Below are positions 24,871 through 36,705 of a DNA stretch of 64,000 nucleotides, piece after piece (within the stretch, counting starts at the first letter, position 1; each line of letters begins with the position of its first letter). The position numbers were made by a program, and so were the translations under genes. Source of the stretch: Octopus bimaculoides (Eukaryota); NCBI RefSeq assembly GCF_001194135.2, contig NC_068985.1, positions 106,473,516-106,537,515 on the forward strand. The letters run 5' to 3'. The notes below the pieces were generated by a model that did no database searches, was not told where the DNA came from, and saw only the letters and a list, made by a program, of their open reading frames with translations.

Positions 24871-27181
24871 TATGTATGTATGTATGTATGTATGTATCAC
24901 GTGATCAACCAGACTATTGGATATGGATACTGTTATACATCACTGGTCATGATGTGCTTGGCATTGTTTTTTTAGCTTTTGAATGATGCCACCCCATTGG
25001 CTAGGCAAATAGGCCAACATTCTCCCTGATCAGAAGGCCAGTCTGTCACAGGGTTATTCATTGACAGTTGAGTGGACTGGAGTGTTTTGCTCAAGAGCAC
25101 AATGTACTGTTCAGACTGGGATCTAACAATTTTGAGTACAACACTCTTAACATGAGGCCACGTGTCTTCACAATATATATTGTTGCTATTATGTCAAACT
25201 GTTGTATGTCCAAATTTGGCCAAATCCCCTTTTTTTTTCTTTTCAATATTTACTTTTGCTTGCAATAGCTGTTTTTTTTTGGTCAAACTAGAGAGTAATT
25301 CTTTATGAAACTGAAACTTGGTCTATAAAGAAGCTTCAACATCACCTTGATGGTATGCAGGCTAGGTTTTTCATGAGGGCGTAAAACATCTCATGACATG
25401 ATCACAAGACCAAAGATGAAATTTATAAACAGTCATTGGCTATGTGGTTATGAAGTTTGTTTACCAACCATGTGGTTTCAGGTTCTTTCCCATTGTGCAG
25501 CATTTTTGGCAAGCTTCTTCTAACTATAGTTTTGGCCAATGGAAACTGAAAAAGGCTTGTTGTGAATATATGTGCAAGTGTGTGTGTGTGTGTTTCCTTG
25601 TCTTGACATTGTGCAACTGTCATACACAAACAACACCATCATACAAGCAGTGTCCTTCATATCCAATCTTCCATGAAAACATGACCAGTAATGGGAAATA
25701 TTACCTTGCTTGGAAACAAGGTAATTTTCCTTAAGCACCTGATCTGAATGAACTGGCATTTCCAGAGTTTGGTCATTTCATCATTCTCTGAAACCTTTTG
25801 TGGGATGTGTGGTTTGTATGGTTTGCAATGGTTAACTAATGATTTTTGCTGTGACTAGGACTTAGGTTTGTCATGAACCCTAGGACTCAAACCATGAGCT
25901 TAACCTGCTTTCCAAGGCATATAAGTGACTGAGACCACAACCCCAACCCATTCCTAAACACTAGTCCACCACAGGGTTAGCTTCTCAGCTATTGCTGGAA
26001 CTCTTTCACAGCTAAGTTGACTGGGGCAACAAGGAATGAAGTGTATTGCTCAAGAACACAACACACCACCTGATCCAGGAACTGAAACCACAATGTTATA
26101 ACAGTGAATGCAATACCTGAATCACAAGGGCACATACGTTGCTATGGTTAATTAATAATAATAACATAGTTTCTAGTGTGTGTGAGCTTAAAAACTGACA
26201 ACACTTGTGGTTAAGGTATAGATTTCCAAGAACAAATACCACAAGTCATCCAATCTTAGGTTCTACTGATTCTGTAACTCTACTATCCTTAGACTGTTAT
26301 TTTATTTATTAGTCGCAAAATGATGAAGGTCAAAGTTAACTTCGTATTTTGTAGCTATATCTATTAGTTTCTATACTTTTGAAGATTTACACTAGATATT
26401 GCACAATAGTTTTCTAGGAGCATAAAACTCCATCTTCTTAATATTCACAGTAAGCTGAATATTTATATGTCAAGATATTGGGTGGTGTATTCAAATTATT
26501 TTCCATATTTTTCTATGTAGACATACTAATTCAGTTAGTGTCCATTTGAGAATATTATACCTATAACTTATTACTGGAATAGTAAGAATATCAATATCTA
26601 TTACCTTATTTTTGGCATTTAGCTCCGAATTAAGTATGAATCTAATACCTCATTAATATTCCTTCCTGAACTTTTCTTTCATTTGTGTGTATTATATTCT
26701 ATCTAATTTATTAATTTATAAGTGTTTATAATTCTGAGTTCGGTCTAATTCTTTTATCTCTTTTCCTAATATGATATTACTGTTCTCTATTAATTTTCCT
26801 CTCTTCAACTTTCCTAACTGAATTTCTGGCCAATTTGTCCACTGATCAACAGCCTATCAAAAGAATCCTTTCTACTATAGGAACAAGGCGTGAAATTATG
26901 AGGAAGGGGGTTCTGGTCAACTATATCAACCAGAGTGCTCAATTGGTACTTATTTCATTGACTCTAAAAGAATGAAAGGCAAAGTTGACCTTGATGGAAT
27001 TTATACTTATCAAAAACAACAACTGTAATCAGAATAGGAGAACTTGTCAGCAAGTAAAGGTTGCAGTCCAAAAGCAAGCCTGTAGAATGAAGAGCAACAA
27101 ATGATAGGTTGTGGCACTTGAAATGCATGGGTGCTTGTTATGTGACAGCAGCGTGCTCACACACACACACACACACACACA

Positions 27182-27229
<48 letters not shown>

Positions 27230-27233
<4 letters not shown>

Positions 27234-27515
27234 GGCACGTGAAAAGACATGAGGTCGTTGCCAGTGCTGCCGGACTGGCTCCTGTGCAGGTGGCACATAA
27301 AATACACCGTTTGAGCGTGGCCGTTGCCAGTACCGCCTGACTAGCCTTTGTGCTGGTGGCACGTAAAAGCACCCACTACACTCTCAGAGTGGTTGGCATT
27401 AGGAAGGGCATCCAGCTGTAGAAACTCTGCCAAATCAGATTGGAGCCTGGTGTAGCCATCTGGTTCGCCAGTCCTCAGTCAAATCGTCCAACCCATGCTA
27501 GCATGGAAAGCGGAC

Positions 27516-27552
<37 letters not shown>
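27230..27552 (+). mobile_element. RTE LINE 3' UTR with (GAT)n tail
   Basis: Hairpin modules plus the canonical 3' end; long (GAT)n at ~27515-27552. Confidence 0.85.
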
Positions 27553-27554
<2 letters not shown>

Positions 27555-28414
27555 ATATATATATGTATATATATATATATAAGAGCTTTTAATTTTCACC
27601 AGCAAAATTCATCTACAAGATTTTGGTTTGTCTGACATTAAAATAGAAGACACTTATCTCAGGTACCATACAGTTCAATCGATTGTGAAGCCATGTGGTT
27701 GGGAAGCAAACTTCTCAACCACTCAAACACTCATACACATACACACGCATATGTGTATACAAGGAAGTAAATATTTATCATGAAATGAATGTGCAAATAT
27801 GATGGAATATAAAGACTTGGAAACTGCAAAGCTATAGTACATATATACTATGATAGTCAGAGAAGTAGAGGCAGTGACTATGACTGCAGTAGTCCTTCTA
27901 TAACTGATGTAATTGGTGTGGATTGATGTTCACTTTAAATGTCTGTAGGGTAATACAATCTAGGAACCATTCTCTTTTGTTAAGCAGCATGCGTTTCGGT
28001 TGAAATAACTCTGTTTATAAGAGTCAAAATGAATGTGATTTAGAGGTGACTAACAAGGACAGCAACATACATACATACATATGTGTGTGTGTGTGTACAT
28101 GTGTATGTGTGCATGTGAGTATGTGTGCACATATGTATGTATGTATATATGTACGTACGTACATACATACATACTGACATGCATTCTTCGAATCCAATCT
28201 ATTAGTGGCATAGTGAAGATTTGTAAGACATTCCAAAGATTCTTCATCTGAGATTCTTTAGATAAATACATGCATACACTTGGGTGTGTGCATCAACAGT
28301 TCAACAAACACACCAACTCAACCACATATTTACAAACATTGGGAACTCTCATTATTTTGTTGGTGACCAGCTTGAACTCTCTTCAGAAGAATTTCAATAA
28401 AACTCAAAGAAAAA

Positions 28415-28574
28415 GTATGCATGGCTATGTGGTAAGTAGCTTGCTTACCAACCACATGGTCCCGGGTTCAGTCCCACTGTGTGGCATCTTGGGCAAGTGT
28501 CTTCTACTATAGCCTTGGGCCGACCAAAGCCTTGTGAGTGGATTTGGTAGACAGAAACTGAAAGAAGCCCGTCG

Positions 28575-28605
<31 letters not shown>

Positions 28606-28822
28606 GTGTGTTTGTGTGTCTGTGTTTGTCCCCCCAACATCGCTTGACAACCGATGCTGGTGTGTTTATGTCCCTGTAACTTAGCAGTTCGGCAAAAGAG
28701 ACCGATAGAATAAGTACTAGGCTTCCAAAGAATAAGTCCTGGGGTCGATTTGCTTGACTAAAGGCGGTGCTCCAGCATGGCCACAGTCAAAAGACTGAAA
28801 CAAGTAAAAGAGTAGAGTAAAG
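28415..28822 (+). mobile_element. Family-A CORE-type SINE, full length
   Basis: As 16094-16490. Confidence 0.9.
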
Positions 28823-28989
28823 AGTATATGCATGCATACGTACAGACAGACAGACAGACCTTGCAAATCCTTAATTCATATGCTACAAATGATCACAATA
28901 TCTGGAACTATAAAAATTTGCAAGACCTTAAGATTGAAAGGATGATAGTTAAAAGAAGATGCTTTCCTTCAGAACCTTGCTACCGAGTA

Positions 28990-30354
28990 GATGGCTGCTC
29001 AAAATCGTAGTCATGGCCAATGCCAGTGCCACTTGACTGGCACCTGTGCTGGTGACATGTAAAAAGCACTGTAGTGAAACCTCACTCTCGGGTATTTATT
29101 TACGAATGATAACGTAGTGGCTAACATCTAGCTTTCGGCCGCTTGGACCGTTGTGTCCACCACCCTCATTGGCTCTTATTTGTGCGGCATTTGTCAACAG
29201 TTGTTTCGCACCAGGGTGCATAGCAACCAATCATGGCCTTCTGTTAAGGTCACGTGAGAGAGTGTTTTCTGCTGTTTCTGGAGCCTCCCTTTTATCTATA
29301 AATAGTCTTATTTTATCCACGCCAATTTGTCTCGACTTCAGACCTCTCACAGGTCTGGTCGTTTGACCACACACCAACCATCCAGTTTCCAGTGATGACA
29401 TCAACACCACCGATCTACTGTCTACTACAGTTCCGTCGCCAACACCACCACCAGAGTACACGCACCAACAGCAACCGTGATTCCGTCTCAACACTGTTTG
29501 TGTGGATTGTTTCCACCTTGAAGATAACAGCCAGAACCAACCTGCGAGGATCTTCTGTACCAAGTAACCAGTCCTAGCATCGACACTCAACTTCACACAC
29601 AACATGTGACACCACAGCCCTGCTATTTGGCCACAACTCTTGTGTACAGACATTCTACATAATGTGAAACTCTTCTATGAACTGGTACCTTTTTTATCTT
29701 TGTGTTCAGGACTCTTATAGTCTGTTAAAGACTCTTATTCCATGCTCTGTATTTCTCACTCAACTCACACCCATATTATTGTATACACAGTCTTGTACAC
29801 GAAGGCCGTCATATATATTGTATTGTTTATATCGCCGCATGCACGCACACACAGACACACAGTTGACTACCCTAATAAAACTTACTATCCTTATATAACT
29901 TACGGTTGTCACTCACTCTCATTTCCTTGCTGGCACTTGCTCGCATCTCACATGCGAGCCATCTTATGTTACATTACATGTATTGTGTTGACCGTGTGAC
30001 GCGTTTAAAGGAGCTTCTTCCGTTCGTCACCATTCTCTTTTGGTTCGCATGGTCGATTCTTTACAGCACCATTCAAGCCAGTGACATGTAAAAAGCACCA
30101 TTCAATTGTGGTCAATGCCAATGCCACCAGACCAACTCCCATACTGGTGGCACATAAAAAGCACCATTCGAGCATGGTCAATGCCAGTGCTGCCTGACTG
30201 GCCCTTGTGCCTGTGGCACATAAAGAGCACACAGTACATTCTTGGAGTGGTTGACACTAGGAACCTGGTGCAGCCTCCTGGCTTGCCAGTCCTTAGTCAA
30301 ACCATCCAACTCATGCCAGCATGGAAAGCAGACGTTAAATGATGATGATAATGA

Positions 30355-30360
<6 letters not shown>
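28990..30360 (+). mobile_element. RTE LINE 3' UTR with tandem hairpin modules (host of the solo LTR)
   Basis: Several ~65-bp ATGCCAGTGC..TGACTGGC...AAAAAGCACCATTC units, then ...GCATGGAAAGCAGACGTTAAATGATGATG. Confidence 0.8.
29070..30065 (+). mobile_element. Solo LTR (996 bp) with 4-bp TSD, probably Gypsy-type
   Basis: Starts TGTAGTGAAA and ends TTCTTTACA. GCAC flanks both sides (29066-29069 and 30066-30069). TATAAATA at 29297-29304, AATAAA at 29874-29879. It splits the module AAAAAGCAC|CATTC of an RTE 3' UTR. Confidence 0.85.
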
Positions 30361-30392
<32 letters not shown>

Positions 30393-31355
30393 CCACTCTC
30401 TAATGCTACCCTCTAACACCCACTTCTTATGCTCTCCTCCAACATACCTTTCAATCCATTGTAGAATTAGGAATAAGAATGTACATACAAATACTACCAT
30501 AAATAACACAACATGATATACTGCTTCTCTCTTATACTGTTATATAATTAGAAAAAAATACAAAGGGTTTGAGCTTACATTAATTAAGCATACTGTTAAC
30601 AAAGACAAAATGACATTTTTCTCTCCATTTGCAATGTATAGGCACAGGCATGGCTGTGTGGTAAGAAGTTTGCTGCCCAACCACGTGTCTTCTATTATAG
30701 ATTTGGATCAACCAAAGCCTTGTGAGTGGATTTCGAAGATGGAAACTGAAAGAAGCCCATTGTGTAGATATATGTATATATATCTATGATTGTGTGTCTG
30801 TCTTTGTGTCTGTGTTTGTCCCCACCTCCAACCACCACTGCTTGACAACTGGTGTGGGTGTATTTATGTCCCTGTAACTTAGCAATTCAGCAAAAGTGAT
30901 CAATAGAATAAGTACTGAGCTTCAAACAAAAAACAAAGTCCTAAGGTCGATAAATTCGACCATAAATTTTTCCATTTTTTATACCCACCAATGACTACAA
31001 AAATAATAACAATCAGAGGTGCTGATTCTAACAATTAGTAATAACTGTTCTAATTATAACTAATCTGCTACAGCTACGTAAACTAATTCTATAGCTATTG
31101 TAAGCAAGATGAAAAAAACAAAACAACTAAAACAATACACTCATATGAATAACCTTAAAGTACTTAGCATTCTGCTAGGATTCATGCATTCCACAAGAAC
31201 TAGAGGGGAACAGCTACTGCTGTGCTCTGATTAAGACAACCTTGCTTGCCTCTTTTGTAGTCACCCTCAGAAGGGACTCTCAGTAGCTGCTGAACATGCT
31301 AGAAATAGGTGATTCCCACCACTATTAACTCATCTGGTTAAAAATGCAAAATTCA

Positions 31356-31386
<31 letters not shown>

Positions 31387-31508
31387 GTAAATTTTAATGA
31401 AAAAAAAATTTGATTTAGCAAGCTATTTCCAATATTTAATTGATTGAAACATGCACTTGTGTCTGGAGAAGGTATAATAGAGTTAATAACGTCCAGCCAG
31501 AAAGAGAG

Positions 31509-31544
<36 letters not shown>

Positions 31545-32416
31545 NNNNNNNNNNNNNNNNNNNNNNNNNNNNNNNNNNNNNNNNNNNNNNNNNNNNNNNN
31601 NNNNNNNNNNNNNNNNNNNNNNNNNNNNNNNNNNNNNNNNNNNNNNNNNNNNNNNNNNNNNNNNNNNNNNNNNNNNNNNNNNNNNNNNNNNNNNNNNNNN
31701 NNNNNNNNNNNNNNNNNNNNNNNNNNNNNNNNNNNNNNNNNNNNNNNNNNNNNNNNNNNNNNNNNNNNNNNNNNNNNNNNNNNNNNNNNNNNNNNNNNNN
31801 NNNNNNNNNNNNNNNNNNNNNNNNNNNNNNNNNNNNNNNNNNNNNNNNNNNNNNNNNNNNNNNNNNNNNNNNNNNNNNNNNNNNNNNNNNNNNNNNNNNN
31901 NNNNNNNNNNNNNNNNNNNNNNNNNNNNNNNNNNNNNNNNNNNNNNNNNNNNNNNNNNNNNNNNNNNNNNNNNNNNNNNNNNNNNNNNNNNNNNNNNNNN
32001 NNNNNNNNNNNNNNNNNNNNNNNNNNNNNNNNNNNNNNNNNNNNNNNNNNNNNNNNNNNNNNNNNNNNNNNNNNNNNNNNNNNNNNNNNNNNNNNNNNNN
32101 NNNNNNNNNNNNNNNNNNNNNNNNNNNNNNNNNNNNNNNNNNNNNNNNNNNNNNNNNNNNNNNNNNNNNNNNNNNNNNNNNNNNNNNNNNNNNNNNNNNN
32201 NNNNNNNNNNNNNNNNNNNNNNNNNNNNNNNNNNNNNNNNNNNNNNNNNNNNNNNNNNNNNNNNNNNNNNNNNNNNNNNNNNNNNNNNNNNNNNNNNNNN
32301 NNNNNNNNNNNNNNNNNNNNNNNNGGGCAAGTGTCTTCTACTATAGCCTCGGGCCGACCAAAGCCTTGTGAGTGGATTTGGTAGAAGGAAACTGAAAGAA
32401 GCCCATCGTATATATG

Positions 32417-32463
<47 letters not shown>

Positions 32464-34582
32464 ATATGTTTGTGTGTCTGTGTTTGTCCCCTCAGCATCG
32501 CTTGACAACCTATGGTGGTGTGTTTACGTCCCCGTAACTTAGCAGTTCGGCAAAATAGACCGATAGAATAAGTACTAGGCTTACAAAGAATAAGTCCTGG
32601 GGTTGATTTGCTCGACTAAAGGCGGTGCTCCAGCATGGCCACAGTCAAATGACTGAAACAAGTAAAAGAGTAAAGAGAGTATGGCAAAAGCAGACCAAAT
32701 ATAAAGAGAATTGTAGAAGTTTATGTACCCCAGCAACCTAAAATAACGACAGTTCATACTTTTTAAAGCAAATATTTAATGCTGATTAAACTGGTCTTTT
32801 CTAAAATATATTTTATATCAAGAACAGAAAAAAAATTGATTTGTGAACTCAAAGCAAATACAGATAAAACCACTTTATTATTATATTGTAATGCATTAAG
32901 TAACTGCTTTACAATGCCAATATCAAACACATACACACATGCAAACATACATGTCTACATATGTGGTAATTGTATTTTATCTCAATTTCTATAAATAATT
33001 GTTTATATTTTCTGTGCTGTTTTGTTTTCTAAATCAAGACTAATATCATTCACAACATATCTCCATTAACCTACATGATTTTTCACAGCAAATCTACTGT
33101 GTAAACCAGTAAATTGGTTATATGTAAATATATTGAAGGACACAAGTAGATGCATACATACATGTTCACACACATAAATATTGGAGAAAGGGGGAGAGAG
33201 AGAGAAAAAAAGAAAGAGAGAGAGAGAAAAAGTGAATGTATGGAGGTGATATAGGGTAATGATAAATCTACAGCTTTTCAAGGACAACTTGTCTAGTACT
33301 CTTGGTATGATGAAATATACCCCGTCCATGAGTGTATTTTGTCATGCCAAGAGTGATAGGCAGGACATCCAGCTGTAAAAACCTCCACACCCCTACTTCC
33401 CAAAAGAAAACAAAGAAAGTATAAGAGAAACATAGATACTCTCCACCTGTCATCACTATCTGCTATGATATTCTTGCTCCTTTTTCACCACTCATCTTGG
33501 TTCTTCTTCTGTCATTGCAATATGCCCTCGGTTACTTTGCCTTGAATGTACATTTATGTCACAGAACACTGAGTACCCCTAACACTCATCTCTCTGTTAC
33601 ACAGTTCACTTACCACTTATATCTCATCTTTACCACTTACATCTGTATTGTTCAGACTTTTATTACTTGCATTCCAACCATTAATAAATCTATCACCTAT
33701 GCCATTGTCACTCATGCCACTATCACTCACATACGTATCACTTGCACTTCTATCAATCATACTTCTGTCAGTTATACTTCTATCACTCATTCTCCCCCCC
33801 CCCTGCATCTTCCACTTATACCTCTTCCTCTCATACTTCTATCACTCATGCCTCTAAGTCCCATACCACTAACACACTTCTATCAGCCAGGCTTCTATTC
33901 TCAGTGTCTCTTACTTGTGCTCCTGCCACCCATACTTCTTTTTCTCACATATCTCTATGACTTTTCACTGTATCTGGTTGTCAAGACTAGGAAAGTGGAT
34001 TTCTCTTCCTCATTAAATCATGCTTCAAGTGTAATTGGGGATGTCTCTGGTACTATCTGACCCTTCCATATTTCCAATGTATGACTCCTCCCTCTGATCA
34101 TCCAAATCACTATGCTTCTCTTACATTAGAAAGGAGAGAAGGAACTAAAATTCTAAATTAAAAAAAAATTTAATTAATTTATTAAAAGCAGCAGTTCCAT
34201 ATCTGACATTTTAATATTTCAATGATTTCTTTTAGGGAGTGAGCTGGCAGAATTGTTAGCATGATAGACAAAATGTTTAATGGCATTTTGTCCATCTTTA
34301 TGTTCTGAGTTCAAATTCCACCGAGGTCAACTTAGCCAGTCATCCTTTCAGGGTCGACAAAATAATTACCAGTTGAGTACTGCAGTTGATGTAATCAACT
34401 TACCCTCTTCCCAAAAATTGCTAGCCTTGTGCCAAAATTTGAAACCAATATTTCAACTTTAACTTTTAGTTGTCTTCTTAATGCATATTAAAATAAATAA
34501 TTTAAAATAAATATATCTAAATAAATAAGTATTGTGCAATATACAATATGTAATATTATGTACAATATGTATAAATATATGC

Positions 34583-34781
34583 TATAGACACAAGTGTGTC
34601 TGTGTGGTTAAGAAGCTTGTTTCCGAATTTTGTAGTGTTTCTGGTTTCAATTCTATTGTCTGGCACCTTGGACAAGTATTTTTTATTGCAGTTCCAGGTC
34701 AGCCAAAATCTTGCAAGTGAATTTCATAGATTGAAACAGGGAGAAGTTCCTCATATATATATTTGTATATGTATGTGTTTG

Positions 34782-34851
<70 letters not shown>

Positions 34852-35075
34852 ACCACTGTCTTGACATCATGGTTGTAAACAAACATCACCATCATACAAG
34901 TGGTGTTGTTTGTTTCCAGACCTCTGTGAAAAACATATCTGACAGCAGAAAAATATTACTTTGCCTGGAAAGAGGTGAGAGTTGGTAACAAGAAGGGCAT
35001 CCAACCGATGAAAGATTGCCTCAACAAATTTCGTCTGACCCTTGCAAGCATGGAAAAGTAGATGTCAAAAGCAGA
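34583..35075 (+). mobile_element. SINE with a family-A head/CORE but an RTE-like 3' tail
   Basis: Same head and CORE. The 3' end AAGAAGGGCATCCAACC...CTTGCAAGCATGGAAAAGTAGATGTCAAA resembles the RTE 3' end. Partial copies at ~11270 and ~25440. Confidence 0.7.
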
Positions 35076-35590
35076 TGGCTTCTCATCTTAACTGATTGGA
35101 AGTGTTATCATGTACATTGTTTTGTCTTGGTATAAAAGATGGGCCACAGCAAATGTCCTGCTCAATACTACAGATTTGCTTGTCTGTTGTTTGACCTTAA
35201 CATTTAGTGACTGATGATATGTGCATCTCTGATCATGAGCAGAAGTAGTGGGGAGCATCATAGCTATGTGTTGAGAGGAATTATTTAGAGTTTGAATAAT
35301 CCACCTTTGGAAACATGGATGTTTCATTCAACATTCTTAAACAACCTTATTCAGGGACTTTACTCGACCTGAAAGAAATTCTGACTGAGCCCCACCTGCA
35401 AGGTCATGTGCTGTTTATCTTGATATGAGATCACCATGTCACACACATATGGTCGTGATGCATGTGCCTGGTGTACCCTTATCAGATGGATAGTCATGAT
35501 GGGTATACTGGGCTTTGTATATTTTACCCCAGTGTCACTTTGATGGCATGCACTGCTCTCTCACACAATAATAATAATAATAATAATAAT
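35075..35590 (+). mobile_element. Probable non-LTR retrotransposon 3' UTR with (TAA)n tail
   Basis: ~500 bp non-coding segment ending CTCTCTCACAC-(AAT)n, the same tail type as the RLE element at 17963. No ORF, so the family is inferred. Confidence 0.45.
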
Positions 35591-36009
35591 GGTTTCTTTA
35601 TTAACCACAAAGGTTTACATTAAGAAAAACATTATAGACAGTACAGAACAAAACGAAGAATGTGTGTGTGTATGTGTGTGTTGTGAGGGTTTCGCATGTA
35701 AACAAGATTAACTAAATTTAAAAAAAAAGAAATGAAAGAAAGAAATCAATAATGTGTAAACCTAGCAAGGATGTTGTTTTAATGCATTAAGTTTTGTTTT
35801 CATTTCGATACTACATTCCAGTCTTGGTTATGTCACCACTCTTCCTAACTTCCCCTTCATCTCATGTCTTAATATCAACAGAAAAGGGGTAAGCTTGTAT
35901 TAAGGTCAGTTCAATAACTTGTTTAGGCAACATTTATGATGTGGTGGTTTTCTGACTGGGATAGTGGTGATGAATTGCCCTAATGACAAATTGACTGGAC
36001 ACTATATAT

Positions 36010-36048
<39 letters not shown>

Positions 36049-36127
36049 NNNNNNNNNNNNNNNNNNNNNNNNNNNNNNNNNNNNNNNNNNNNNNNNNNNN
36101 NNNNNNNNNNNNNNNNNNNNNNNNNNN

Positions 36128-36163
<36 letters not shown>

Positions 36164-36251
36164 TTAAAAAAAAGACAAAAAACAATAACAAAAAAACAAC
36201 AAAGTGAGGACGTGATACGGATAGTGTTATTAGACACTCGGGAAAGGAAAG

Positions 36252-36319
<68 letters not shown>

Positions 36320-36652
36320 GTGAGTGGACAAATGAAAGAAAGAGGCACTCAACACATTTAGAAGTTACATATATTATTGTTTAAAACAGTTTGATTTGGA
36401 GGCCCCCTGCAACTTAGAATTTTGAAGCCTCATTACAGGAGTCAGGCTTGTCAGGGCATGTGTGTGTGTGTGTGTGTGTATGTGTGTGTGTGTATGTATA
36501 CATAATATAAATAAAGTTAGAGCAGGCTGGTTTATGGGATTACTCTGGCTTAAGATCTCTCTAGTGAGTGGCCTCTCTAGAATATGGAGGAGAAAAGGAC
36601 CTCGCTACTCAATCTCAACAGCAGGAGATAGTCTCCCTTTGGCTATCAATCA

Positions 36653-36705
36653 TCAGTGACCCTGTTATCTGGTGGGTTTAACCCACCAGATAACAGGGTC
36701 ACTGA
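36653..36705. repeat. Perfect 26-bp inverted repeat with 1-nt spacer
   Basis: TCAGTGACCCTGTTATCTGGTGGGTT-T-AACCCACCAGATAACAGGGTCACTGA. Confidence 0.95.

Noticed and set aside
31353-32498. Longest ORFs in the track (also 23818-24672 beyond the RTE part, 4030-4518, 45876-46600)
   Set aside because: Their length comes from N-gap padding and microsatellites.
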